The notes under the pieces were generated by a model, which did not search any database, had not been told where the DNA came from, and saw only the letters and a program-made list of their open reading frames with translations. A stretch of 31,025 nucleotides of DNA from positions 1 to 31,025 of the IMG/VR virus record IMGVR_UViG_2802429232_000001, one strand, 5' to 3'. The stretch comes from a virus (taxonomy: Duplodnaviria; Heunggongvirae; Uroviricota; Caudoviricetes). Numbering within the stretch: the first letter of the stretch is position 1; every line of letters starts with the position of its first letter. The position numbers and the translations under genes are program-made. Of this stretch, positions 10,501 to 19,062 are shown in pieces.

Positions 10501-12122
10501 GCAGACGTCATCTGACTGGCAGTTCCTATAACTCCAGAAATACCAGCCTTAAGTAGCTTAAAGGCCACCATAGCAGCTACTACCTTGCCGAAGGCAATGA
10601 CCAGTTCTTGATTTTTAATCAGCCACATTGCCAAATCACGCAAGCCATCCACAGCCGTTGTCAATCCACTTCCCAATGAGTGAGCAAAAGACATACCATC
10701 TGTGCTATTCATCAAAGAGGTAAGTTCTTTCATCCCCTCTTTTAAAGAGGACAAATAACCAGCTTGGCCAACTTTATCCGCAAATAGCGTAAAGGCCGTC
10801 TGCATCTGCGCCAACGTACCGGTAAAAGTGTTCATCATTTCGGACGCAGCCCCCTCGTTCTGCATCTTCAACTCTTTGAACATAAGTGCCAGTGCGTTTT
10901 TGGCTTCTACCGTTCCAGATGCTACAGCTTTAGTTAACTCGCCCATTGTCAGACCAGCAGCCTTGGCCATTGCGTTCATTGCTGTCGGAATCGCCTCACC
11001 TAATTGCTGGCGAAGCTCTTCCATCGATACAACACCCTTACCAGACATCTGCTGAACAGCAATGGATGCACGCTTCAGAAGTTCGCTATCCCCACCAAAA
11101 CGAGCAACGGAATCGACAAGAGTCTTTAAAGAGCCATCTGTTGGATCTAATCCTGCTGAGCGGAATTTAACGAACGAATCGGTTAGAGCTTCCATCGCAA
11201 ATGGGGCGCTCTTAGCCATATCCACGATGTACTTCATATCATCAGCGGCAGCCTGGCCAGGGTTGGACTTCTCCTTATTCAACCCTCGAAGCATCACCCG
11301 CATACGTTCCATTTCGGCCGCAGCTTCAACAATAGGCTTCTGCCACCCAAACATGATGTCAGTAACCGTTCTGGCTGCATCTCCGATCTCGCCAAGCAGG
11401 AAAATGTTGCCACGAAGGCCAGAGAACATACCTCCTTCGTTACTTTTACCGCTATGGCCAGAAGCGCCGCTACGCCGCCCGCTACCACCATCGCCACTTC
11501 CAGATGTACGAACGCGTACCGGCTTGCTAATCAGTTGCTGACGTCCGATAACTTCGTCCATCTGCTCACGAACCTTTTTCAGTCCCTCGGCAGCCTGACT
11601 CGTTGTGACACCCCAATTACTGAGTCGCTTCGTCGTGGTATTAAGGCGCGTATTCATGCCACTCACGGACGCAGAGGCTTCTTTGACCTCCGTACCAAAG
11701 CGGCTTGCGCTTTTGCTTGCATAGGTCGCCCAATCAGAGAAATCATTTAGCTCTGATTGCACTTTTCGTAATGACGCGGTGAGTTTATCTACTGAAGAAG
11801 TTGTCGTATCGACGCGCTCAATTAGGGCTTTAAGACCAGAATTGAGGCTGGTGATGTTGCCACGCATTTTACGCGTAGCATCTGAAGCAAGCTCAAAACC
11901 GGCAGCTACATCCTGTAGTTTATCTGCCGTAGAATCGAGCTTGCTTTCCAGAACGCCAATGATACGGGCGACCGAACCCAAAGAGCGTTCAAAGGTTTGG
12001 ATTTTTTGAGCAGGCTTTGTTACCTGCTCACCAAATCGAGTAAGCAGTTTCCCCGCACGATCGATTGACGCTGTAAACTGTTTGTCTTCCAGCGACAGGA
12101 TAAACTCTACGTTTTGTGACAT
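7593..12122 (-). CDS. Tail tape measure protein (~1509 aa)
   Basis: ORF track 7593..12143 uses a TTG overlapping the T frame; start moved to ATG at 12122 (MSQNVEF). Coiled-coil N-terminal third, hydrophobic Gly/Ala-rich central segments, position between G-T and M. Confidence 0.85.
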   Translation of the reverse strand: MSQNVEFILSLEDKQFTASIDRAGKLLTRFGEQVTKPAQKIQTFERSLGSVARIIGVLESKLDSTADKLQDVAAGFELASDATRKMRGNITSLNSGLKALIERVDTTTSSVDKLTASLRKVQSELNDFSDWATYASKSASRFGTEVKEASASVSGMNTRLNTTTKRLSNWGVTTSQAAEGLKKVREQMDEVIGRQQLISKPVRVRTSGSGDGGSGRRSGASGHSGKSNEGGMFSGLRGNIFLLGEIGDAARTVTDIMFGWQKPIVEAAAEMERMRVMLRGLNKEKSNPGQAAADDMKYIVDMAKSAPFAMEALTDSFVKFRSAGLDPTDGSLKTLVDSVARFGGDSELLKRASIAVQQMSGKGVVSMEELRQQLGEAIPTAMNAMAKAAGLTMGELTKAVASGTVEAKNALALMFKELKMQNEGAASEMMNTFTGTLAQMQTAFTLFADKVGQAGYLSSLKEGMKELTSLMNSTDGMSFAHSLGSGLTTAVDGLRDLAMWLIKNQELVIAFGKVVAAMVAFKLLKAGISGVIGTASQMTSAFANMSTTIQGTFNLASTAVKRFNRAASMGLSPIPSLIFAIRNAFSGLVAFMAANPIGFAFTAAVTAVSSLIFYMQVLRGKIEDVVNKVREIPEAMTAADRAMLESAKREKDRQISKLEKEVTTGKRSQVSRDGLVYETDVDVNSTKQQLENLKKERDDIAKTLGEGIEKSVYKSVTKGLDDAIAEVNQKANVSLVANAKELEQLNKKNEEIAGRTDLSDHEKSQLRGANNAKIERLYSEADLQKLKGYQDIQKGILNDLVNLNEDFKKATTANNTEQLKEIQARIDAQIANKKSIEEQIENVTTSLSVKAGSGLKSINGGKIGEFSSTPVDANSKTMTGFWKQQMDSKRYQRVNLDGSALYDLQGQPVVGPRQLKEQLRQKKIYGDVKLEQLSENDRIAVIKTLTKARELDAEAADKAANRTAKAAERAAKKEQAAQQKLAAGYQKALDKADQLMGQMGESSKATVSFDQSLRDTTKSLTDLANAVPNEFITQEMIDKAKKRLEDLKNATPEYREMFNRRNVEQMISTWAPEADSIISAGYTPSREEKVADFEDTYNRNLKALIELRDKASDPKVVALYTKKINQLIAAGNTALIKETGTATQKLALEYENLAEQIESTWTDLFSGLTDVLTDFVINGKMSFSSLSQSILKDITNMVVKSQITLPLMNMLGMGTTAAGSSQSGNLLTGVASAVANQEVRMGNTVNGDKSVGEATKETSSSVTGLGQTTQQTTSAIGTATNAIGSWVSGLFDSTEAKDAETKAVKDSIFSMQNLSSVTGALSAAFAMLGANASGSGNKWLNFGATVASGLVSVWAGGGFDSVTSSSAKTATSSVADGTKGIPAIPKFANGGIFGKDGVIPLRAYQKGGIANSPQLALFGEGSMNEAYVPLPDGRTIPVTLSTDGMSGGGNVLSPVSIEINVHSDGSTTESGDTESIWNNAAQRVKAVVLETIAQEKRPGGSLNPNTQRN

Positions 12123-12129
12123 TCCCTTG

Positions 12130-12482
12130 TCATCCTCTGCCAAATATTTGCATCAGTTGCTCTTTGGCGTCAGGGTCTGCCTTATCCTGGCTTGGATCGT
12201 AGACTTTATCTGTTACGACTGGTCTTCCAATCCTGAGTTGCAAACCCTCCATGAACGCCTTCACAGCCTCGCCATCCGCCTGGGACGCACGAGCGACTTG
12301 TAAGTTGCGGACATCCTCTTCCGCACGCAGACGGTCTATATTGCGACTGAGCATCCAGAACATCGTGAGAGGGATGTTCAATAGCTCTAATGGCGACACG
12401 GCGTAGTGAGCAACTACACGACTGAAATAGAATCCGAGATCTATTGAAACGGTCCTTGTCCCGGATTCATCGCGGGAAATTA
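12130..12482 (-). CDS. T-like extension frame, probably expressed only as a G-T fusion via programmed -1 frameshift
   Basis: ORF track 12130..12399 has only a GTG start and no RBS. Its frame is -1 relative to G and is open for the whole stretch from just upstream of the G stop to 12130, ending 8 nt before the tape measure ATG. Confidence 0.5.
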
Positions 12483-12520
12483 CTTTGCCCCTTCGCCAGC
12501 CGCTTTTTCGTTTTCTTCAT
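12480..12520 (-). promoter_or_regulatory. Candidate -1 ribosomal frameshift window at the 3' end of G
   Basis: The -1 frame carries TGATGA about 13 codons before the G stop and is open from there on, so any shift must occur in GAA GAA AAC GAA AAA GCG GCT GGC GAA GGG GCA AAG TAA. No canonical XXXYYYZ heptamer; closest are A_AAA_G and A_AAG next to the stop. Confidence 0.4.
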
Positions 12521-12797
12521 CAATCACTTCCATAGCGAAGGTGAAGATCTGCTGGAGTTGCGGAACAGTCAGTTTTTCAAGAACTTCGTCAGGTACTGAA
12601 GGGATAACCTTACGAACCAGATCTGCATAAGCTGTCACTTGCTCAACAGGAGACATGTTCATGAGATCTTTGCCTTCCATCTGCTTGATGGAAACGAACA
12701 GACCTACCGTCATTTCAACAATGGGATATTCCTGACCGCCAAATTTGATGCTTTTCTTCGGAGGCAGAATGGAATCGAGATCGAGTAATTTGGTCAT
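12480..12797 (-). CDS. Tail assembly chaperone (lambda G-like)
   Basis: ORF track (105 aa), AGGA RBS, acidic C-terminus (EVIDEENEKAAGEGAK), located between major tail and tape measure genes. Confidence 0.65.
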   Translation of the reverse strand: MTKLLDLDSILPPKKSIKFGGQEYPIVEMTVGLFVSIKQMEGKDLMNMSPVEQVTAYADLVRKVIPSVPDEVLEKLTVPQLQQIFTFAMEVIDEENEKAAGEGAK

Positions 12798-12810
12798 TGG
12801 TTAAAATCCT

Positions 12811-12839
12811 TTTAAAAGAGAGGCTCATCCTGAGCCTCT
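12811..12839 (-). terminator. Hairpin plus short U-run between major tail gene and G (possible attenuating terminator)
   Basis: AGAGGCTCA-tcc-TGAGCCTCT inverted repeat; on the transcribed strand it is followed by CTTTTAAAAGG. Confidence 0.45.
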
Positions 12840-12852
12840 GCTTAATTACTGA

Positions 12853-13599
12853 TTAATCTGCGGAGTTAATCGTTACTGACTTAGTAGCCTTCTTAGAACC
12901 GCTATTGCTGGTGAAGGAGATGTTTGCAGTACCCTGCGCCACACCGCGCACAAGACCCGTTTGATCTACCGTGGCCTTTTCCTGGTCTTCGGATTCCCAA
13001 ACACCGGTTTTGTCTGCGGCATCAGCTGGAGTGATTTCGGCTGTCAGTTGCACAGTTTCTCCAGCTTTTACGGTTGGAGATTCCGGTGAGATCGACACAG
13101 TTTTTACCGGTTTAGGACCGCTCATTTTGCCCAGAACGCCTTCATCATCCGGGTATGCGCTGAACTGAACAGAGAACACACGAACATCATCAGACTGGTA
13201 GGTCATAGTGAAGTTGCCCGCGGTTGCCGCTTTCGGGATGGTCAACACATAGTCGGTGGTGTCCTGCGGAGTCAGAACCAGCTCCTTCGCCACATCAATC
13301 AGGTTAACGCCCTGTGCAGATGTGATCGTGACAGAGTTGTCATCTTCGCTCAGAGTAGAACCAGGCATCAGGTCAACCATGTTTTGGAGTACAGACTCAG
13401 CCAGAGGCGCGGTGATGGTAATGTTGCGCCCCTGAACTAATTCGGAAATTACGGTCTGCCCCAACTGATCGACGGTGACTTTCAGCGTTTCAGTGGCTAC
13501 TTCAACCTGAACACCACCTTTGGTGTAACCCAAATCCACACCACCAAACGACACCTTACAGGCACCAAGTTTGATGTTTTTTACATGGGTATTAGACAT
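12853..13599 (-). CDS. Major tail protein with C-terminal Ig-like (Big_2-type) domain (lambda V-like architecture)
   Basis: ORF track 12853..13635; start moved to Met13 (MSNTHVKNIKLG) at 13599, preceded by AAAGGAG. C-terminal ~80 aa (VSISPESPTVKAGETVQLTAEITPADAADKTGVWESEDQEKATVDQTGLV) has the Big_2 pattern. Position directly upstream of G/T/tape measure. Confidence 0.75.
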   Translation of the reverse strand: MSNTHVKNIKLGACKVSFGGVDLGYTKGGVQVEVATETLKVTVDQLGQTVISELVQGRNITITAPLAESVLQNMVDLMPGSTLSEDDNSVTITSAQGVNLIDVAKELVLTPQDTTDYVLTIPKAATAGNFTMTYQSDDVRVFSVQFSAYPDDEGVLGKMSGPKPVKTVSISPESPTVKAGETVQLTAEITPADAADKTGVWESEDQEKATVDQTGLVRGVAQGTANISFTSNSGSKKATKSVTINSAD

Positions 13600-13649
13600 T
13601 GATGGAAAACTCCTTTTTCCGTTAATTCTACGCATTCATTGCGCTAATG

Positions 13650-13665
13650 GTAAGTATATACTTAC
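13650..13665. promoter_or_regulatory. Perfect 16-bp palindrome GTAAGTATATACTTAC upstream of major tail gene
   Basis: Read directly from sequence; lies in the 75-bp spacer between the preceding gene stop (13674) and the major tail RBS. Confidence 0.5.
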
Positions 13666-13673
13666 TAATTGAG

Positions 13674-14057
13674 TTAATTCAATAAATAGCCAGCAAATTC
13701 AACAGGAATGCCTGCTTCTATTAATGCCCCATCATTTTTGGGATAAATGATTGGCATCGCCATCGGTCGTACAAGTCGAAAATAAACACCACCAGATTCC
13801 GTTTCCTCTACTGGAAACATCTCAATGATTTTATTGGTTTTCTCAACCGTCGTAGTAATTGACGAACCACGCACAATGATTGTGAATGATTCGTGATAAA
13901 AGCCCTGTAGCTCATGATCGATGCTGATACCGGTATTTGGGTTAATAAGCAGGACGCCAGATTTCACATTGGCAGGCAAGTAGTGACAGAAAATGTCAGT
14001 CCCGACCGTGCCAATCTTTGCCTTCTGCATCAAACTTGCAAACGCTTCAATAAACAC
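13674..14057 (-). CDS. Head-tail joining / tail completion protein (hypothetical)
   Basis: ORF track 13674..14180 overlaps the upstream gene by 122 nt with an implausible N-terminus. Trimmed to GTG at 14057 (GAGAGG 5 nt upstream); ATG at 14030 is the alternative. Function inferred from position only. Confidence 0.4.
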   Translation of the reverse strand: MFIEAFASLMQKAKIGTVGTDIFCHYLPANVKSGVLLINPNTGISIDHELQGFYHESFTIIVRGSSITTTVEKTNKIIEMFPVEETESGGVYFRLVRPMAMPIIYPKNDGALIEAGIPVEFAGYLLN

Positions 14058-14058
14058 A

Positions 14059-14532
14059 TTAACCTCTCGTAAATCCGGCTTTTCTGGCAGCCTCAAGAAT
14101 CGCTTCTGAGAACTGCTTCTCGCTAATTTCCACCGCTCTTTCCAGAAAGTGTGGCCCAACACGGGGTTTAACACCGGCAATGGGTGGGTTTGTCACGTTC
14201 TTCATTCGAGAAAGATAACCGAGTCGGTATTTACCCAGCTCCATGTACTTAGCATAGTCACCTACTTCTACGCCCGGATGCCCCTGACGTGGTTTTGCTC
14301 CAGACACAGAAAGCTCAATACGCAGCCCTGAATAACCTTCTTTAATCACCCTGGCAAAGATGGCTGTCTCCAGAGATCCGGTTTCCAGCGGGGCCATTGC
14401 ACGGCTGAGACGCTCAACCAAACGCGCCAGCTTTTCCATGTCCCGGATAAGATATCGCTTAAATGCTTTCTGGCTGTTGTTGAGTCGATTCCCCGCACGT
14501 TTGAACTGATGCGCATCGTATTTCAGACCCAT
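14059..14532 (-). CDS. Head-tail joining protein (hypothetical)
   Basis: ORF track (157 aa); position between head genes and major tail gene. Confidence 0.45.
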   Translation of the reverse strand: MGLKYDAHQFKRAGNRLNNSQKAFKRYLIRDMEKLARLVERLSRAMAPLETGSLETAIFARVIKEGYSGLRIELSVSGAKPRQGHPGVEVGDYAKYMELGKYRLGYLSRMKNVTNPPIAGVKPRVGPHFLERAVEISEKQFSEAILEAARKAGFTRG

Positions 14533-14867
14533 ATATTCGCCCCTACTTCAAGATGCCCAGGTCTTCCTCGTAGCCCCCAGCGGCGATGAACACTGGACAC
14601 CTTTAATTTTTGACCTTCAAGGATCAGCACATCATCAAGTTGTACAGCCGCTTCTAAAGGGACAACTAACACAGCATCAAACAGCTCCAGACTCGCCTTA
14701 CCACGACTACCAGAGCTATCAGCACGAACTGACGATTTCTCATTACTCTGTTCGAACTTAACCACGCCGACATTCGTCTTCCTGACGAATTGTAATTGCG
14801 CCTCACCGTAAACGTTCTTTGCGCCAAAGCGGTAGATCGCAATTTCTGTTTGCCATGAAATATTCAT
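14523..14867 (-). CDS. Head-tail joining protein (hypothetical)
   Basis: ORF track 14523..14963; start moved to Met33 (MNISWQTE) at 14867, preceded by GGGAGAG. Position only. Confidence 0.4.
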   Translation of the reverse strand: MNISWQTEIAIYRFGAKNVYGEAQLQFVRKTNVGVVKFEQSNEKSSVRADSSGSRGKASLELFDAVLVVPLEAAVQLDDVLILEGQKLKVSSVHRRWGLRGRPGHLEVGANIWV

Positions 14868-14946
14868 GCTCTCTCCCTGTTGTTGTCGGTCGCTCTCATT
14901 ACTGGCCAAAAACCCTTTAGACCAAAAGTAAATAATGCGACTGGCG

Positions 14947-15780
14947 TTACGCACGGCGAACAATCATACGGTTGTTGATGTAACTGACCAGCAAGCGCCA
15001 GGTACTGCGAGCCACATGCACGTTTGCAGCTTTACCGGTACGGTACATGTTGGTTGTTTCACCGATTGACTCTGACAAAATGCCATCCTCTCGTGCTGCG
15101 GCAACATCATTGCCATTTGCGATCTCACACGCTTCGTTGACAACGGCAAGCATCAACGCTTCTTTGAAGTAGTCAGGGAACTCTTCAAACTTCTCCTGCG
15201 TCATCTTTTCCCAATCGACTAAATCATGCCGGTACGCTCCATCTGCTCCCCACGGAATGTCATACACATTCAGCATATTTTGAGGGCGATCGTATCGGTC
15301 AAAGTCGATACGTAGAATTTTGCGGATTGAGAACGGTAAAGTTTTAATTCGTCTGGTAGCCTCAATGAGACGCTTGCGCATTAAGCCTTCACCATCCGAC
15401 AGCAAAGTGTCCCCATTCAGCATATCGATCGCCTGCATTTGAGCATCAGCGACAGTTGCAAACGACTGTTCTGGTATCGACAGTTCAAAACTATTCAGCA
15501 GAACATACATTTGCCGCTCTTCATGCGTCAGACCCGATGCAACAGCCTTCACAATGACGTACCGCAGATCTCGCTCTTTCTCAGAGAGCTGGTTATATTC
15601 AGCCGACACGACAACCGGAATCGACATTTGACCGCTGGTAATTTCTAGCGGCTCGCCATCAACGAGAATAGCCCCGGTGCTGTCCTTTACTGTGTAGGTA
15701 GCAGATTCGATATCCAGCACGTTGAAGGCAAATGAAAGAGAAACAGCTTCACCGCTACGATACGAGTCGATCTGCGCCAT
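14947..15780 (-). CDS. Hypothetical virion structural protein (277 aa)
   Basis: ORF track; start overlaps the upstream stop by 1 nt (TAATG), indicating translational coupling within the late operon. Confidence 0.5.
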   Translation of the reverse strand: MAQIDSYRSGEAVSLSFAFNVLDIESATYTVKDSTGAILVDGEPLEITSGQMSIPVVVSAEYNQLSEKERDLRYVIVKAVASGLTHEERQMYVLLNSFELSIPEQSFATVADAQMQAIDMLNGDTLLSDGEGLMRKRLIEATRRIKTLPFSIRKILRIDFDRYDRPQNMLNVYDIPWGADGAYRHDLVDWEKMTQEKFEEFPDYFKEALMLAVVNEACEIANGNDVAAAREDGILSESIGETTNMYRTGKAANVHVARSTWRLLVSYINNRMIVRRA

Positions 15781-16214
15781 TACTCACCGCCTTGTGCTTT
15801 CAGGATGCCTTCAATCATCTCGACAATTCCTTTCGCTTTGACACCAACCTGATTACCAATAACTCGTAGACCGGCAATACCTTCGTTGTCTGCAATGGAC
15901 TCCAGCTCTTCTCGTGTGAAAGCCTGGATCTGTTTGGCCGGTTCATCTGGTGTTCCACGTTTCATTGGCACAATGTCAGGCGCTGCTGGCTCGGTAATCA
16001 GGTCTGCTGTCAATTCACCACGATCACTGTATGCGGCAGACGGAGAGACATTTTTGCCCTCTACTGTTGACGCTCGCATTGAAGCACAAATCCTCTGCTG
16101 ATCGATAAAAGGCAACTCCGCTACGGATACCCCGTTCTCGAACTGAACGCCACACAGCATTCCCGAATAACCGGAAAATTGCGGTTCTAATAAAACAATT
16201 TTTGCTGGTTTCAT
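15780..16214 (-). CDS. Hypothetical virion protein (144 aa)
   Basis: ORF track; lies between the Ig-like decoration gene and the 277-aa gene. Confidence 0.5.
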   Translation of the reverse strand: MKPAKIVLLEPQFSGYSGMLCGVQFENGVSVAELPFIDQQRICASMRASTVEGKNVSPSAAYSDRGELTADLITEPAAPDIVPMKRGTPDEPAKQIQAFTREELESIADNEGIAGLRVIGNQVGVKAKGIVEMIEGILKAQGGE

Positions 16215-16258
16215 AACGCTTTCTCTCCTCTTGGGCGGCTTTCGCCGCCCAATATCGG

Positions 16259-17179
16259 TTATTCCTGTGCGGCAGTGACCTCTACGGTCGCTGTCGCTTT
16301 GTGGCTACCATCTTGGGTAGTAACCTCGATTGTGGCAGTGCCAGCCGCAACACCAGTTACAACACCGGTTTCGCTGTCCACCGTTGCAAACTCGGTATTT
16401 TTGGATTCCCAAGTAACGGTTTTATTTGTGGCTCCTGCCGGCTCGACATTTGCGGTCAGCCGAACAGTTTTGTTTGCCTCAACGGTTGTGCTATTTGGGT
16501 CGATTTCGACGCCTGTAACAGCCACAACAGGCGCAGTTACTTCCACCGTTGCAGTTGCCTTTTTGCTACCATCTTGGGAAACGATCTCAATCGTCGCAGT
16601 GCCAACTTCTACACCAGTTACGTTCCCGCTCTGGTCTACCGTTGCCTTATCTTCATTTTTGGAAGACCAGGTAACAGCCTTATTCGTCGCATTTGACGGC
16701 TGAACATTCGCTTTCAGACTGACTGATTTCCCTTTCTCAACAGACGTTGATTCTGGCGTTACCGTTACGGATTGAACGGCTACCGGATTTACGGTGACTT
16801 CCACTGAAGCGGAAAGCTGGGTTTCCTGATCAGTTGCAGTAATTTTTGCTTTGCCTGGGGCTACGCCAGTTACTAATCCAGTGCCGTTAACGGTTGCAAT
16901 TTGATCATTGGCTGACTTCCAGGTGAATGAACTGGCACTCTTACCCATACTAATACCTGCACTAAGTTGAACAGTTTTCCCAACCAAAACTGATGGTGAA
17001 GCCGGAGTTATGTTTACGGATTGGGAGAAGGGAACCGCCTGCAAACAAGCAGATAGCTGACTTTGTTGCCGCTCGGTTAAAGGTTCATCGGAGATAGAAT
17101 TGGTAAATCCGGCACGGCACATATGCCCCGTAAAATCCGAAAATGCCTCTTCCGTAATCTTCATCTTTTGTTCTGGCAT
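16259..17179 (-). CDS. Ig-like (3x Big_2-type) capsid decoration / surface protein
   Basis: ORF track (306 aa). Three ~80-aa repeats of the pattern VTVTPESTSVEKGKSVSLKANVQPSNATNKAVTWSSKNEDKATVDQSGNVTGVEVGTATIEI. Lies immediately downstream of the putative major capsid gene. Confidence 0.6.
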   Translation of the reverse strand: MPEQKMKITEEAFSDFTGHMCRAGFTNSISDEPLTERQQSQLSACLQAVPFSQSVNITPASPSVLVGKTVQLSAGISMGKSASSFTWKSANDQIATVNGTGLVTGVAPGKAKITATDQETQLSASVEVTVNPVAVQSVTVTPESTSVEKGKSVSLKANVQPSNATNKAVTWSSKNEDKATVDQSGNVTGVEVGTATIEIVSQDGSKKATATVEVTAPVVAVTGVEIDPNSTTVEANKTVRLTANVEPAGATNKTVTWESKNTEFATVDSETGVVTGVAAGTATIEVTTQDGSHKATATVEVTAAQE

Positions 17180-17191
17180 TTCTCGCTCCTA

Positions 17192-17221
17192 CAAAAAGGG
17201 TGGGCGTATAGCCCACCCTTT
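17192..17221 (-). terminator. Intrinsic terminator after putative major capsid gene
   Basis: AAAGGGTGGGC-gtata-GCCCACCCTTT; on the transcribed strand a GC-rich 8-11 bp stem is followed by TTTTTGT. Lies between the capsid stop (17253) and the next gene RBS. Confidence 0.7.
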
Positions 17222-17252
17222 AACATAGATAACTACTTATCTACTACACTGA

Positions 17253-18128
17253 TTAAATTTTTACATTGGTCAGTGCAGCGATAGCCTTATCGTGCTTATT
17301 CGCCAGAGAGCAGTACCACTTCACACGGGTACGTACTGCGTCTTTGTTCTGTACAGTACCAATGTTTTCAACAACGATACCTGCGTTGTCGCCGCCATAC
17401 AGACCAGTAACGCCGTTCTCTTCTGACAGATGCAGGCAGTAGATGCTTGCTTTGCCAGAATCGGTCGGGATGAAGTCGTTGATGATGAACGGAACGCCGT
17501 TATGACACAGCATCGGACGACCGAAGTTCTCCATCATGATTTCAGACGGACCTACGTTTACTGTACGCAGCAGCGCACGATAAGCACGCAGGTGCTCTGA
17601 ACGCATCATGATGCAGTCAGCACCAAGATCTTTCACCGCATCGACCAGTTCGTCGAACATAGAGAAAGTCATAGATGCACCGGCGATATCGATCTTCTGA
17701 TCTGCGTGCATCAGGCGTGGAATGCCGTCAAACGCTTTGTTGTTGGAGCTGGAGTCACCCAAAATCAGGTTGCGGCGGAACGCACGAGCCAGACCTTTAA
17801 CTTTCTGACGAACCTGAATAGCCAACTGGTTATTGGTGTCGGCCATAGTGGTTGCTAGGAATTTATCAACGTCTACGTCACCAGCCAGAATACGCAGTTT
17901 CGCAACGCATTCTTCGAAGGTTGCTGCACCTTCAGGGATGGTGTCGTTAACGTCGATGAAGGTAGCTTCACTCAGCGTTTTTTCACGGTTGTACAGATAT
18001 GCCTTTGAATTAATTTTCATAAAAGGCAGGATGGCAAACAGGTCATCGCGATCGATGATAGTTTCGATCACACCCTGTTCAAGTTCGTTGTTAGACAGCT
18101 TTTCAGCTTCTTCACGCAGTAATGGCAT
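17253..18128 (-). CDS. Putative major capsid protein
   Basis: ORF track (291 aa). Position after portal and scaffold, AAGGGAA RBS, and the strong terminator directly downstream (expected for the most abundant late transcript). Fold not verified. Confidence 0.55.
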   Translation of the reverse strand: MPLLREEAEKLSNNELEQGVIETIIDRDDLFAILPFMKINSKAYLYNREKTLSEATFIDVNDTIPEGAATFEECVAKLRILAGDVDVDKFLATTMADTNNQLAIQVRQKVKGLARAFRRNLILGDSSSNNKAFDGIPRLMHADQKIDIAGASMTFSMFDELVDAVKDLGADCIMMRSEHLRAYRALLRTVNVGPSEIMMENFGRPMLCHNGVPFIINDFIPTDSGKASIYCLHLSEENGVTGLYGGDNAGIVVENIGTVQNKDAVRTRVKWYCSLANKHDKAIAALTNVKI

Positions 18129-18153
18129 CTATCAATTCCCTTTGATTTAGATG

Positions 18154-19041
18154 TTACTTAAGTCCAATTTTCCCCAGACCGGAGGCCAACTTATCCATAG
18201 TCGACTTGTTCTTCGGTTGGGATATTGTGTAGGTCGATTTGGAATGTGAGCCTACACCCTGCTTGGCTTCGCTACGCATCAATGCGTCAGCTTCCGGATC
18301 TGCCCGCACAATGCGTTCAATCGCGGATTCAAACGGCAACGGCTTACCTTCACCGTCAACCAGAACAGCTCGTTCTTTATGACCTGCCGGTTTGTCATAA
18401 CCCACTACGCTACCGTCTTCACCCACTTCAAAATGAGAACCGTAGATCACGCGGGCTTTTGCCGGAGTCATCAGAACTTTGTCACGTAGGAAGAGAGAGT
18501 TACTGAAGGAAGCGCCCACGGTCATCTCGACTAATTGAGATTTCAGTGATGCGTTTTCACTTTCCAGTGCTGCATAACGTTCGTCACGCTGTGCCAGCTC
18601 TGCCTGGTGTGCTTCGATCATCTGTTTTTTAACAGCATCGAACTCACCACGACGCTCCAGTTCAGCTTGCTCCGCCTCACGACGTGCGTTTTCTGCGGCC
18701 TGTTCAGCTTCTAAAAGCTGGCGAGCACGAGCCGGATCGATATCACCGTACTGAGCAAGCTGATCGGCCAATGTGCGCTCTTTCTCTTTGCGCTTCATGT
18801 TCTCCTTCAGCAGTTCAGCACCAGCTTTCTTGGTTTTACGAAGTTCGGCCAGTAACTCTTCCTGAGTCATGCCAGCGTATTCGTCATCGCCCTTCGGCTG
18901 CTCTTTTTGTTCACCCTGTTTGTCAGGATCTTGTGTACTCTGCTCATTATCAGCAGCTACACCGCCAGCGCCTCCACGCTCATGCGCTTCAGCGACATCC
19001 ATCAGACCACGACGGGCCAAAAGCATTTGCCACAGATTCAT
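18154..19041 (-). CDS. Scaffolding-like protein (acidic, coiled-coil)
   Basis: ORF track (295 aa). Highly charged Glu/Ala/Arg/Gln-rich helical segment (AELLKENMKRKEKERTLADQLAQ, EAEQAAENARREAEQAELERR), between portal and capsid genes. Confidence 0.55.
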   Translation of the reverse strand: MNLWQMLLARRGLMDVAEAHERGGAGGVAADNEQSTQDPDKQGEQKEQPKGDDEYAGMTQEELLAELRKTKKAGAELLKENMKRKEKERTLADQLAQYGDIDPARARQLLEAEQAAENARREAEQAELERRGEFDAVKKQMIEAHQAELAQRDERYAALESENASLKSQLVEMTVGASFSNSLFLRDKVLMTPAKARVIYGSHFEVGEDGSVVGYDKPAGHKERAVLVDGEGKPLPFESAIERIVRADPEADALMRSEAKQGVGSHSKSTYTISQPKNKSTMDKLASGLGKIGLK

Positions 19042-19062
19042 AAAAATTCCTTTTGTTACTTA

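Noticed and set aside
7696-12009. Multiple plus-strand ORFs (62-192 aa) inside the tape measure gene
   Set aside because: All antisense to a long, well-supported minus-strand CDS; no RBS and implausible compositions.
12130-12399. T-frame ORF as an independently translated gene
   Set aside because: Only a GTG start and no RBS, while the frame is open upstream into the end of G; a G-T frameshift product explains it better.
14058-14180. N-terminal 41 codons of ORF 13674..14180
   Set aside because: They overlap the 3' end of the upstream gene on the same strand and translate to an implausible Trp/Arg-rich peptide; a GTG with SD sits right after the upstream stop.
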